Shown piece by piece: positions 54,986 to 63,739 of a stretch of 64,000 nt of DNA. This DNA is from a virus. A program made the translations under genes and the position numbers. The stretch is taken from IMG/VR virus record IMGVR_UViG_3300047157_000171. One strand, 5' to 3'. The notes beneath the pieces are model-generated. The model was not told where the DNA came from, made no database searches, and was given only the letters and a program-made list of their open reading frames with translations. Numbering within the stretch: position 1 is the first letter of the stretch; every line of letters starts with the position of its first letter.

Positions 54986-55927
54986 ATGAGTGAAAACTTA
55001 GACACAGATTTATTATTATCGTTAGTTGAGGATGTTTTAGGTGAATACCGTAAACACAATGACGGACAGGGTCAAATATCGTTTGACTGTCCTACCTGTT
55101 CTTATGATATAAAAGGATTAGATGATGGTGACGGAAAAGGTAACTTGGAAGTTAACTATCATCGTAATGTGTTTAAATGTTGGGCGTGTTCAGAAACACA
55201 CGGTACACATGGTTCGATATATAAGTTAGTCAATATGTGGGGAACCCCATATCAAAAGAAACAACTTTCTTTAGTTATGCCAGACACCTTTATGGATAGA
55301 GGTGAGATTAAGTATGAGGTTGTTAAACTACCAAAAGAATATGTTAGATTTAAAGATGCGACTGTTGGGTTAAAGATGACTCACCATTACAAATACGCAT
55401 ATAACTATCTGAAAGGTCGTGGTATTAGTGACGAGGTTATTGACAAACACCATATGGGTTTTTGTTATGACGGACCGTACTCGGGTAGAATTATTGTTCC
55501 TTCCTACACTCAGGATATGGAGTTAAACTTTTTTGTGTCAAGATTATATGGTAATGGTTTCTTAAAATATAAGAACCCTAAAGCCTCTAAAGACACGTTA
55601 ATCTTTAACGAATATTTAATCGATTGGAATAAAGACATATATATTTGTGAAGGTGTCTTTGATAGTATATTCTTACCTAACTCAATACCGTTATTGGGTA
55701 AGTTTATAAATGATTATCTATGGGGTCGACTTTACGATGACGCAAAAGGTGATATAATTATATGTTTAGACGGTGATGCTTGGGCAGATGCTGAAAAACT
55801 ATATTATAAACTAAATGGTGGTAGACTTTACGGAAGGGTTAAGGTTGTTAAACTACCTGAAGATAAAGACATCGGTGACCTAAGAGGTGTGTTACCTGAA
55901 GGTTCGGTGTTAGAATTAGAAAGATAA
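54986..55927 (+). CDS. dnaG: DNA primase (Zn finger + TOPRIM)
   Basis: CPTC...CWAC, YLKGRGI, KYKNP, ICEGVFD, CLDGD, DKDIGD. Confidence 0.9.
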   Translation: MSENLDTDLLLSLVEDVLGEYRKHNDGQGQISFDCPTCSYDIKGLDDGDGKGNLEVNYHRNVFKCWACSETHGTHGSIYKLVNMWGTPYQKKQLSLVMPDTFMDRGEIKYEVVKLPKEYVRFKDATVGLKMTHHYKYAYNYLKGRGISDEVIDKHHMGFCYDGPYSGRIIVPSYTQDMELNFFVSRLYGNGFLKYKNPKASKDTLIFNEYLIDWNKDIYICEGVFDSIFLPNSIPLLGKFINDYLWGRLYDDAKGDIIICLDGDAWADAEKLYYKLNGGRLYGRVKVVKLPEDKDIGDLRGVLPEGSVLELER

Positions 55928-55937
55928 AAAATAAGAT

Positions 55938-56627
55938 ATGATACATCCAGAAATTTACAGTTATTTTGATGATAAGGAGGCTTGGAAAAGAAAGTATATG
56001 AGACCTGAGGCTTTATCAATGGAGTGGGATATGATGTTGGAAGAAGTCGGTCCTGACGTATTCCAATTCCCATTATTTAAAGAAGAGTTATGTGCTAAGT
56101 TAATTGAAGAAGCTGAAGCGACACAATCGTGGACACATAAGAGACATGCGTTTTATCCCACTACGGATATGTTAGTGGAGACCTTTGGGTTTGAAGAGAT
56201 ATATCATGAGATAATGGATGAATATATTATGGGAGCAGCAAGACACATTTACCAATTAAATGGTCAGAATTGGGACCAAGGAAATGTATATTCCGAGAAT
56301 TTTATGATACGTTATTCACCTGAAGAACAGGGACATTTATCACTACATTATGACCAATCGTCAATATCGTGTAACGTGGCGTTAAATGACGACTTTGAGG
56401 GTGGTGGTACGTATTTCTCAAGACATAAGGTATTGGCGAAAGCTAAAGGAACGGGTTATGTTACATTTCATCCTGGTCAGATAACACACAAACACGGAGG
56501 GATGCCGACAAACAAAGGAACTCGATATATTATTGTTTCATTTATGAATGATGATAAAAATAGAGAAGACCACATTAATGATTTAGAAAGATTTGCTAAC
56601 GAAAACGGATTCTATAATGATAAATAA
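55938..56627 (+). CDS. 2OG-Fe(II) oxygenase, lysyl hydroxylase (PLOD) catalytic-domain-like
   Basis: DVFQFPLF..ELC, PTTD, FMIRYSPEEQGHLSLHYD (HxD), FEGGGTYF, HPGQITHKHGGMPT.KGTRYIIVSF. Confidence 0.85.
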   Translation: MIHPEIYSYFDDKEAWKRKYMRPEALSMEWDMMLEEVGPDVFQFPLFKEELCAKLIEEAEATQSWTHKRHAFYPTTDMLVETFGFEEIYHEIMDEYIMGAARHIYQLNGQNWDQGNVYSENFMIRYSPEEQGHLSLHYDQSSISCNVALNDDFEGGGTYFSRHKVLAKAKGTGYVTFHPGQITHKHGGMPTNKGTRYIIVSFMNDDKNREDHINDLERFANENGFYNDK

Positions 56628-57396
56628 GATAGTACATTTCTCAGATTTACATTTAAGATTATATCAATATCATGCTCAGTATAAAGAAATATTGACTGAT
56701 ATGTTACAACAATTTAAAGACGAGGAACCTGACCGTATAGTTTTTACTGGTGATTTAGTACATTCAAAAAATCAAATTACTCCTGAACTTATTGATGTAA
56801 CAAGGTGGGTATTAGATGAATGTTCTAAAATTGCGAGAACTGTATTAATAATTGGTAATCATGATTTCTTAGAAAACAATATGGATAGGATGGATTCAAT
56901 CAGTCCTATTTTAGATTCTATGAATAATGATAATATTGATTATTATATGGATAAGGGATTATATGAAGATGAGAATGTGGTGTGGGTTGTGTATTCGTTA
57001 AGGACACATAACGAACCTCCTGTTATTGACAGAGTTGAAGGTAAGAAACATATTGGGTTATTTCACGGACCAGTGCATGGATTAACGACTGACGTTGGTT
57101 ATGAATTTTCAGAAGGTTATGACCCGTTTAAATTTAAAGGTTGTGATTTGGTATTGTGTGGTGACATACATAAAAGACAGATATTTGATATTCCTGAAGG
57201 TAAGGCGTATATGGTCGGTTCGACAATACAACAAAACTTTGGGGAGTCAGTTTCAAAACATGGGTATGGTACCTACTATATAGATAAAGATGAATATTCG
57301 TTTACGGACTTAGATAATAAGTCACCGTTCTTACAATTTAAGATTACGGATATTGAGGACATTGAGAATGGGAAAGAAGTTTTGCTTAACGCTTGA
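56617..57396 (+). CDS. sbcD: Mre11/SbcD (T4 gp47-like) metallophosphoesterase nuclease
   Basis: SDLH, GDLVH, GNHD, FHG, GDIH, GSTIQQNFGE motifs; ATG 56617 preferred. Confidence 0.85.
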   Translation: MINKIVHFSDLHLRLYQYHAQYKEILTDMLQQFKDEEPDRIVFTGDLVHSKNQITPELIDVTRWVLDECSKIARTVLIIGNHDFLENNMDRMDSISPILDSMNNDNIDYYMDKGLYEDENVVWVVYSLRTHNEPPVIDRVEGKKHIGLFHGPVHGLTTDVGYEFSEGYDPFKFKGCDLVLCGDIHKRQIFDIPEGKAYMVGSTIQQNFGESVSKHGYGTYYIDKDEYSFTDLDNKSPFLQFKITDIEDIENGKEVLLNA

Positions 57397-58255
57397 TAAG
57401 AACGTTTTAGATTTTTGTAAATTAAATGACATTGAAGATGTTAGGGGATTTGCTATAAAATGTTTTGAAAAGGGTCTGACTATAGAGAAGTATGGTGAGA
57501 CACCTTTACTTATGCCTAAAGAAATACAGACGGTAATCAAAGAAGTGGAGAAAGAGGTCATTAAAGAGGTTGAAATACCTGTTGAGGTGGTTAAGGAAGT
57601 TAAAGTAGAGGTCCCTGTTGAGAAAATAGTGGAAAAGATAGTTGAAAAACCTATTGAGGTGATAAAGGAAGTCATTAAAGAGGTACCAGTCGACAAAATA
57701 GTAGAAGTGGAGAAAGAGGTAGTGGTTTATAAAGAAAGACCTGTAGAAGTCGTAAAAGAGGTTGAGAAGATAATTGAAAAAGAAGTCCCAATAGAGAAAA
57801 TTAAAGAAATTGAAGTAATTAAAGAGGTCTATATAACGGATGACGAACAGGTTGAGGAACTTGGTGATAAAATAACACAATTAGAGAAAGAAAATAAGGA
57901 TTTGTCACAAAAAGTGATTAAATTGATGACAATTCCACCTAAAATTGTGGAAAAAGAAATACCGATTGAGAAAATTAAAATAGTCGACAGGGAAGTCCCT
58001 GTTGAAGTAATAAAAGAGGTTGAGAAAATAGTTGAAAAACCTATTGAAGTGATAAAGGAAGTCATTAAAGAGGTAAAAGTGGAGGTTCCTGTTGAAAAAA
58101 TCGTCAAGATTAAGGATAACTCTGAAATAGAAAAATTGACTAAACATAATAAAGAATTAATTGAGTCATTAGCTAAATATGACGAAATGTTTAGTAAATT
58201 TGAACAGAAAATAAGCGTTAAAAAATCAAAAAGAGATAATTTATATGATGAGTAG
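57368..58255 (+). CDS. Protein with EKIVE/EVIKEV/EVPV repeats (alveolin/IMCp-like) and coiled coil
   Basis: About 200 aa of V/I-E/K alternating repeats; internal ~45-bp nucleotide direct repeat at ~57645 and ~58033. Confidence 0.7.
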   Translation: MGKKFCLTLDKNVLDFCKLNDIEDVRGFAIKCFEKGLTIEKYGETPLLMPKEIQTVIKEVEKEVIKEVEIPVEVVKEVKVEVPVEKIVEKIVEKPIEVIKEVIKEVPVDKIVEVEKEVVVYKERPVEVVKEVEKIIEKEVPIEKIKEIEVIKEVYITDDEQVEELGDKITQLEKENKDLSQKVIKLMTIPPKIVEKEIPIEKIKIVDREVPVEVIKEVEKIVEKPIEVIKEVIKEVKVEVPVEKIVKIKDNSEIEKLTKHNKELIESLAKYDEMFSKFEQKISVKKSKRDNLYDE

Positions 58256-58565
58256 TTTAATATTATTTGCGTTTGTGGCATATGGTATGACCACAATAAT
58301 AGTTTACGGTTCTATATTTGAAGGAATTCGTAATTTCATACATAAAAAGGGGAAAAATAGTTCGTTTATGAAGTTTTTCTCAGACTTAGTAGGTTGTGTG
58401 TTATGTACATCGACATGGGTAGGGTTCTTCTTATCAATAACGATGTTTTCACCAACTAACACTATTTATGGTATATCCCTACCAATGACAATATTCTTTG
58501 ACGGAATGTTTTCAGCGGGAATAGTATGGGGAATAAACACACTTATAGAGTGGTTTGAAGATTAA
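58245..58565 (+). CDS. Small membrane protein (DUF1360-like), possible holin-region protein
   Basis: Three hydrophobic segments and a CVLCTSTW motif. Confidence 0.5.
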   Translation: MMSSLILFAFVAYGMTTIIVYGSIFEGIRNFIHKKGKNSSFMKFFSDLVGCVLCTSTWVGFFLSITMFSPTNTIYGISLPMTIFFDGMFSAGIVWGINTLIEWFED

Positions 58566-58569
58566 TATT

Positions 58570-59181
58570 ATGATTAAATTTTTAAAGAAATTATTTAGTA
58601 AAGATGTTTTATTTGACTTATCAAAGATTGATGGGTTTGTTAAAAACTATGAATTAGATTTAGATAGGTTTGAAAAGGACTGGATGACAGGTGATGGTGT
58701 TTCTGATTATGTTAAAGGTGTTAACTACGAATGGTTATCTCCTGAATCGGTAAGTTTGGAAAATGAAGAAATACACATAACGTCTATACATAGACCCACT
58801 AATGTTGAGGGAGAAATATTTGACTATAAAACAGGTTTGGTAACAACAACACGTTTTTTTAGTTATGGTTATTATGAGTTCTCAGTAGACTTACCAAACA
58901 AAGGTTCACATACACCGACTGTTGAGATATTCAACCCTGAAAGTAACATTGAATTAGTTATAGGTAATTACGGGGTTAAAAAAATTGGTTTATTATATTT
59001 AAACAATAAAATAGAACTTTACCACGACAATCTTTTAGTTAAGAAAATTAAGAATGGGGATATAGGTTCTGAAGTCAAGATAAGAATTAAACATGGGTTA
59101 AATCCTTCGGTTGAGGGTACACACATTAAAGGTAGTGATACTTTAAGGTTAATTAGTTTAGACTATTATAGAAAAAAATGA
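58570..59181 (+). CDS. Degenerate GH16 / ConA-like beta-jelly-roll protein
   Basis: YKTGLVTT.RFFSYGYYEFSVDLP matches the GH16 core, but there is no ExDxxE catalytic motif. Confidence 0.5.
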   Translation: MIKFLKKLFSKDVLFDLSKIDGFVKNYELDLDRFEKDWMTGDGVSDYVKGVNYEWLSPESVSLENEEIHITSIHRPTNVEGEIFDYKTGLVTTTRFFSYGYYEFSVDLPNKGSHTPTVEIFNPESNIELVIGNYGVKKIGLLYLNNKIELYHDNLLVKKIKNGDIGSEVKIRIKHGLNPSVEGTHIKGSDTLRLISLDYYRKK

Positions 59182-60107
59182 TACTAAAGTTAGGTTCTAA
59201 AGGTGAGAGTGTTAAAGAAATACAAGAGTTTCTCGGTATTACAATGGATGGAGATTTCGGTCCAAAAACTGAGAGAGCGGTTAAAGAATGGCAAAAGACA
59301 AAAGGACTACTTGTTGATGGTATTGTTGGTCCTTCCACTTGGAACGCTATGGGTATTGCTACTACTGATATATCGGAAATTGCGTTAACAGATGAAATAG
59401 TTATCAATAAGTCCTATTTACCTGACGGTGAATATTATAAAGGACCTGTAGATAAAGAATACTTATTTTTACACCACACTGCTGGTGGTAATAATCCATA
59501 TCGAACTATAATACATTGGGGTAGAGACAGTAGAGGTAGAATTGCTACTGAATTTGTTATTGGTGGTAAGTCAATTGATGGTGATGACCAATACGATGGT
59601 GAGATAGTTCAATCATTTCCTGAAGGGGGTTATTCATGGCATTTGGGTAAGAATGGTTCACAACATATGCACGTACACTCAGTAGGTATTGAGGTTTGTA
59701 ATTATGGTTATCTAACTAAAGGTGGGTACAAAAAGAAAATTAATGGTAGACGTGTCTGGGTGGATAGAGACCCTGATTCTTATTACGCATACACAGGTAG
59801 TAAAATACGTGAAGAGGATATTGTGTTTACTGAGGAATTTAGAGGTTATACTGCGTGGCACGCATACACAGACAAGCAAATTGAGTCTTTAAAGGAGTTA
59901 ATACTTTACATCAAAGAAAGAGATGGTATTGACATACAAAAGGGATTAATTAGTGAATATAAAAAAAATGGTTTGGATTCATTTGAATGGAATTCAGACG
60001 CTTATTATGGTAAAATTAAGGGTATGTGGACACATACGAATACCCGAAAAGGTAAGTCGGATATGTCTCCCCAACCCAAACTGATTGAGATGTTACTCAG
60101 TCTATAA
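59178..60107 (+). CDS. Endolysin: PG-binding domain + N-acetylmuramoyl-L-alanine amidase (Amidase_2)
   Basis: LKLGSKGESVKEIQ...DGDFGPKT...DGIVGPSTW; LHHTAG, TEFVIG, SVGIEVCN, HTN...KSD. Confidence 0.9.
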   Translation: MILKLGSKGESVKEIQEFLGITMDGDFGPKTERAVKEWQKTKGLLVDGIVGPSTWNAMGIATTDISEIALTDEIVINKSYLPDGEYYKGPVDKEYLFLHHTAGGNNPYRTIIHWGRDSRGRIATEFVIGGKSIDGDDQYDGEIVQSFPEGGYSWHLGKNGSQHMHVHSVGIEVCNYGYLTKGGYKKKINGRRVWVDRDPDSYYAYTGSKIREEDIVFTEEFRGYTAWHAYTDKQIESLKELILYIKERDGIDIQKGLISEYKKNGLDSFEWNSDAYYGKIKGMWTHTNTRKGKSDMSPQPKLIEMLLSL

Positions 60108-60124
60108 AAAATACAAATACTAAT

Positions 60125-60150
60125 AAATCCTGTCAGAAATGACGGGATTT
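60125..60150 (+). terminator. Hairpin / probable terminator after the endolysin
   Basis: AAATCCTGTCA-GAAA-TGACGGGATTT; weak U-tract. Confidence 0.55.
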
Positions 60151-60163
60151 CAAGTTTAATATA

Positions 60164-60595
60164 ATGAATATGGAAAGTTATAATATTAGAAAGGCGGTCT
60201 TCGAAGATTTAGAAGACATTTGTCGATTATTAAGCGAATCGTTTATTGAAACCAAAGAACCGATTAGGTATTGGTGGAGAATAATGGAGAACACATCGAT
60301 ACATACATATGTGGTTGAGAGTGAAGGATATATTGTGGGTACGGCTACATTACACGTATTAGAAAAACTAATCGGTGGAGGTTCATATGTTGGGCAAATT
60401 GAGGATGTTTGTATATCAAAATCACATAGTGGTAAAGGGTTAGGACAAATGTTAGTCAACCAATTAGTCGAAACCTCAAAAGAATTACGTTGTTATAAGG
60501 TTATTTTAAATTGTGATGAAAAATTGGTACCATTTTATGAGAAAAATGGGTTTTACCAGAAAGAGATACAAATGCGTTTGGATAATAAAAAATAA
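60164..60595 (+). CDS. GNAT acetyltransferase, glucosamine-6-phosphate N-acetyltransferase (GNA1)-like
   Basis: VGTATL...GQIEDV......GKGLG...CYKVILNC....FYEKNGF. Confidence 0.75.
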   Translation: MNMESYNIRKAVFEDLEDICRLLSESFIETKEPIRYWWRIMENTSIHTYVVESEGYIVGTATLHVLEKLIGGGSYVGQIEDVCISKSHSGKGLGQMLVNQLVETSKELRCYKVILNCDEKLVPFYEKNGFYQKEIQMRLDNKK

Positions 60596-60608
60596 AGTCA
60601 TACATTTG
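60577..60608 (+). promoter_or_regulatory. Bacteroidota-type early promoter
   Basis: TTTG-N20-TACATTTG. Confidence 0.65.
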
Positions 60609-60632
60609 TGTTCTAATTAAAAAGACACTTAT

Positions 60633-60869
60633 ATGACGACAGTAACATTTAGCATTTGGGACGGTGGGAAACTAATCACTGAATATCCTTTAGACATTCA
60701 AGAAGAAAACATAGAGAAAACACATATTGACGCATCGTCAGTATGGGATGAGTATACCGTATTGGCAGAATGGGGTGACGGTAAAACTGCCACTATCATG
60801 CCGTTTACATACTCCAACTCACTTAATGGGGTGGTGTCTAATAATCAACCAATTGAAATCTTATTGTAG
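60633..60869 (+). CDS. Hypothetical early protein
   Basis: 78-aa ORF downstream of the promoter. Confidence 0.55.
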   Translation: MTTVTFSIWDGGKLITEYPLDIQEENIEKTHIDASSVWDEYTVLAEWGDGKTATIMPFTYSNSLNGVVSNNQPIEILL

Positions 60870-60871
60870 TT

Positions 60872-61120
60872 ATGATTAATAGAAATGATATATATTTGTT
60901 ATTGGTTGTATTGATGGTTATTACAATCATGGGGGTTTCTTTAGGTATTATAACCTTATTGGTGTTTTTTGTATCAAATCTGTCGTTATTACTGTCTTTA
61001 ATAGTCGCGGCTTTTACACATGTTATTTTGTTTTATATGTTATATCGTAAAATCATTTCAGAGTTAAAGGAAATGGATGTTGAAGGATTAGATTTTGATG
61101 ATATGGAGGACTTAGGTTAA
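60872..61120 (+). CDS. Small two-TM membrane protein
   Basis: Long hydrophobic stretch with an acidic tail. Confidence 0.55.
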   Translation: MINRNDIYLLLVVLMVITIMGVSLGIITLLVFFVSNLSLLLSLIVAAFTHVILFYMLYRKIISELKEMDVEGLDFDDMEDLG

Positions 61121-61127
61121 AAAAAAA

Positions 61128-61159
61128 TTTGTGAGGGTCAGATATTTAGCTTATCTTTG
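61128..61159 (+). promoter_or_regulatory. Bacteroidota-type early promoter
   Basis: TTTG-N20-TATCTTTG. Confidence 0.75.
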
Positions 61160-61180
61160 TAGTATCAAAATAAGGAAACT

Positions 61181-61729
61181 ATGACAAGACAAATAATCGA
61201 AAATACAACTGTGAACTATTGGGGTCAAACTCAGGATACTAAGAAAATCAAGGATGAGTTATTCTGTGATAGTAACACAATCGCTCAGAACGGAAGTTCA
61301 TTAGCGATGTCAGAAAAGAATGACTGTGTAGTACGTGCGTTTATGGTTGTTTTAGATTTGTCTTATGATAAGACTCACAAATGGGTTACAGATAACTTTA
61401 ACAGAGTTCACCGAAAAGGGACGTACACTAGTCGTTACTTAACTAATATCTTAGGTAAAAGAAAAAACTACAAAAAGATTAGTTTGTTCGGTGTGTCACC
61501 AGGTCGTAGATATTCTTTCGGTAAGAAAGAGTTGTACAATCCTAAGTACAAAGGGAAAAAGACTTGTTATACAGTTAAGTCTTTCATGGAAAACTATCCG
61601 AAGGGACGTTATTTCATCATCGTTAAAGGTCACGCATTGGCTTTGGTTGACGGAGTATTATATGGTAACGGTAGTGAGCAGTTTAACGGATTTCGTAGAA
61701 GAATCCACTATGTGGTAAAGGTAGGGTAA
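61181..61729 (+). CDS. Hypothetical early protein (possible Cys-His papain-like fold)
   Basis: NDCVVRA and VKGHALA motifs. Confidence 0.5.
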   Translation: MTRQIIENTTVNYWGQTQDTKKIKDELFCDSNTIAQNGSSLAMSEKNDCVVRAFMVVLDLSYDKTHKWVTDNFNRVHRKGTYTSRYLTNILGKRKNYKKISLFGVSPGRRYSFGKKELYNPKYKGKKTCYTVKSFMENYPKGRYFIIVKGHALALVDGVLYGNGSEQFNGFRRRIHYVVKVG

Positions 61730-61983
61730 TGGAAAAAGAATACGGATATGAAAATAACCAACATATAATGGACGTGGTCCTAGACGAACTTATGTTGGTG
61801 AGGACGATACAGGAAATTACGGATTTCGATAAAGCGGTTATGATGGTTTTCTTATCGATGTTTCCAACGGTAAATCCACAGGCAGATATCATTGAGAAAA
61901 TGTTTAAGGATTATTGTGAGGATTACACGGTTAGGGTGTGGTATGAAAGTTTATTTAAAATACCTATTGAAAAGATTGTGTAA
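61729..61983 (+). CDS. Hypothetical protein
   Basis: TAATG-coupled 84-aa ORF. Confidence 0.55.
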   Translation: MEKEYGYENNQHIMDVVLDELMLVRTIQEITDFDKAVMMVFLSMFPTVNPQADIIEKMFKDYCEDYTVRVWYESLFKIPIEKIV

Positions 61984-62006
61984 TACAAACATAAATGTTA
62001 TCTTTG
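61976..62006 (+). promoter_or_regulatory. Bacteroidota-type early promoter (28/31 identical to 62628-62658)
   Basis: TTGTG-N18-TATCTTTG. Confidence 0.75.
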
Positions 62007-62049
62007 TACTATCAATAAGAAAGATATAAACCTAAAAAATCCGATTCAA

Positions 62050-62583
62050 ATGACAAACGCCAAAAACATCATCGTAAAAAAAGCAGAAGAATTAATCGAC
62101 TACTTAGTTCAGAAAGAAGAGTCTCGTTTCAACGACATCAAAGAAAGTTACGAACTTTTCTTAAAGGAAAATCCGTCAGTATATCAGTACGGTCCTTATG
62201 ACAGAAAGAAGTACTATAGTCTATCTAAGAATGGAGAATCTGACTATACAAACGTAAGGTATTTCTACCACAACAGAGGAGCGGTTAAACTACTTGAAGA
62301 GGTAAGAATGGCGACTGATACGAAAGGGATAGTTAAATACCTTGAAAACTACAGAGAACTAAACAAAGTTAAATTGGTTCGAGCGATTGAGAAGTACATC
62401 ACTGAAGACATGACTGTAAAAGGTGAGGTATACATCAACGAAGGTGTGAAAGGTGTTGAGGTGTCAGCGGAGGTTAACACAACTGAAGGGTTAAGAAACT
62501 TTAGAACCAACGCAATATTCGCAGGAGGATACATCCAAAGATATCACTACCGATACAGAGGAGGTCTTCACTTAGTGAAGTAA
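62050..62583 (+). CDS. Hypothetical early protein
   Basis: 177 aa with its own promoter and terminator; C-terminal AIFAGGYIQRYHYRY. Confidence 0.6.
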   Translation: MTNAKNIIVKKAEELIDYLVQKEESRFNDIKESYELFLKENPSVYQYGPYDRKKYYSLSKNGESDYTNVRYFYHNRGAVKLLEEVRMATDTKGIVKYLENYRELNKVKLVRAIEKYITEDMTVKGEVYINEGVKGVEVSAEVNTTEGLRNFRTNAIFAGGYIQRYHYRYRGGLHLVK

Positions 62584-62588
62584 GACCA

Positions 62589-62617
62589 AAGGGGGACGAA
62601 AGTCCCCCTTATTTTTT
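62589..62617 (+). terminator. Rho-independent terminator
   Basis: AAGGGGGAC-GAAA-GTCCCCCTT-ATTTTTT. Confidence 0.85.
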
Positions 62618-62627
62618 GAAATAATGG

Positions 62628-62658
62628 TTGTGTAATACAAACATAATGCTTATCTTTG
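62628..62658 (+). promoter_or_regulatory. Bacteroidota-type early promoter
   Basis: TTGTG-N18-TATCTTTG. Confidence 0.75.
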
Positions 62659-62685
62659 AAGTGTTAAACAAAAAGAGATAGAATT

Positions 62686-62925
62686 ATGATTAAGAGAGGA
62701 CAATCGGATGGTACTAAGAACCCATATAAGAATGGTTTTTTACCAAAAATTGCATACCACATAGCGTCTAACAACCCTGAAAAGGTTTCATACTTCTTCA
62801 ATCGTCAGGCGGAGGTTTACGGTCCCATCACCGGTGAGAATATGGAATTCATCACTAAAGAGGTGAATAAGATACAACGTATTTGGGATATGGAAATGAA
62901 AGAATTTAATAGTCACTTAGGGTAA
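62686..62925 (+). CDS. Hypothetical early protein
   Basis: 79-aa ORF after the promoter. Confidence 0.55.
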   Translation: MIKRGQSDGTKNPYKNGFLPKIAYHIASNNPEKVSYFFNRQAEVYGPITGENMEFITKEVNKIQRIWDMEMKEFNSHLG

Positions 62926-63667
62926 TGGAAGGATACGTATACATAGCAAGAATCATTGACCACGGAGGTAAATTCGTAAATGGGTACCATAAGATTGGTA
63001 CCATAAGATTGGTCTCTCAAAACAATATAAAGTCCGTGAGACACAGTTAAATTCCACACACTTACCTTTTGATGTTATGATGGTAAGAGTCTTTGAAACG
63101 GAAGATATGAACAAATTAGAGGGTATTCTTCACGTTTGTTTCGAGGACCATAGAGTTATCAAAGAGTACGATGACCGTAGGAATATCACAACAGAGTGGT
63201 TTGATGTTTCAGACATCGACACCTTTCATTCGAGATTGGATAAGATGGTGAACTATCTTTCAGTTAAGGAATTGGATTTAGGTCTTAGTATTGATAATGA
63301 CGAAACTCTAACGTATGAAGAAAAGGTTGAGGTTAAAAACAAAATAGGTAGAGCAAAGTCTACGAACCTTAAGGTTACCATTGGGGATAGAGTTATCACC
63401 AACAAAACGGCAAAAGAGACGTATGTGTCAGTTATCAATGAAATCACTAAAGGAGTTGATAGGTCAGTTATAGAATACAATTTCTCGTCTTTCTTTAAAA
63501 ACAGTGAGGAGGATTTTAGAGACTCACTTAGTGACCACAATAAGGTTATGATGGGTTGTGGGATGTTTATGTCCACATGGGGTTCTAATGTAACCAAAAT
63601 CAAACGAATTAATATGGTTTGTGAGAAGTTGGGAGTGGAAAATGTGAAGTGTGAAATTATCGATTAA
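62925..63667 (+). pseudogene. T5orf172 / GIY-YIG-like protein disrupted by a 14-bp tandem duplication
   Basis: Removing one GGTACCATAAGATT copy (62983-63010) gives MEGYVYIARI...YHKIGLSKQYKVRETQLNSTHLPF...LEGILH.CF...EWF. Confidence 0.7.
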
Positions 63668-63677
63668 CTGAGAAAAT

Positions 63678-63711
63678 AAAAGACCCTCACTATTGAAAGT
63701 GGGGGTTTTTT
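63678..63711 (+). terminator. Rho-independent terminator
   Basis: AAAAGACCCTCACT-ATTGAA-AGTGGGGGTTTTTT. Confidence 0.75.
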
Positions 63712-63739
63712 CTGTTATATTTAAAACAAAATACGATTT

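Noticed and set aside
44174-56627. T4-style DNA hypermodification (oxygenase + GT) as the main reading
   Set aside because: Not excluded but disfavoured: the oxygenase is PLOD-like rather than TET/JBP, no methylase or hydroxymethylase is adjacent, the GTs are embedded among structural genes, and GATC appears to be avoided.
57331-58296. Several overlapping minus-strand ORFs over the EKIVE repeat gene
   Set aside because: Stop-poor antisense frames of a low-complexity gene; the whole window is + strand coded.
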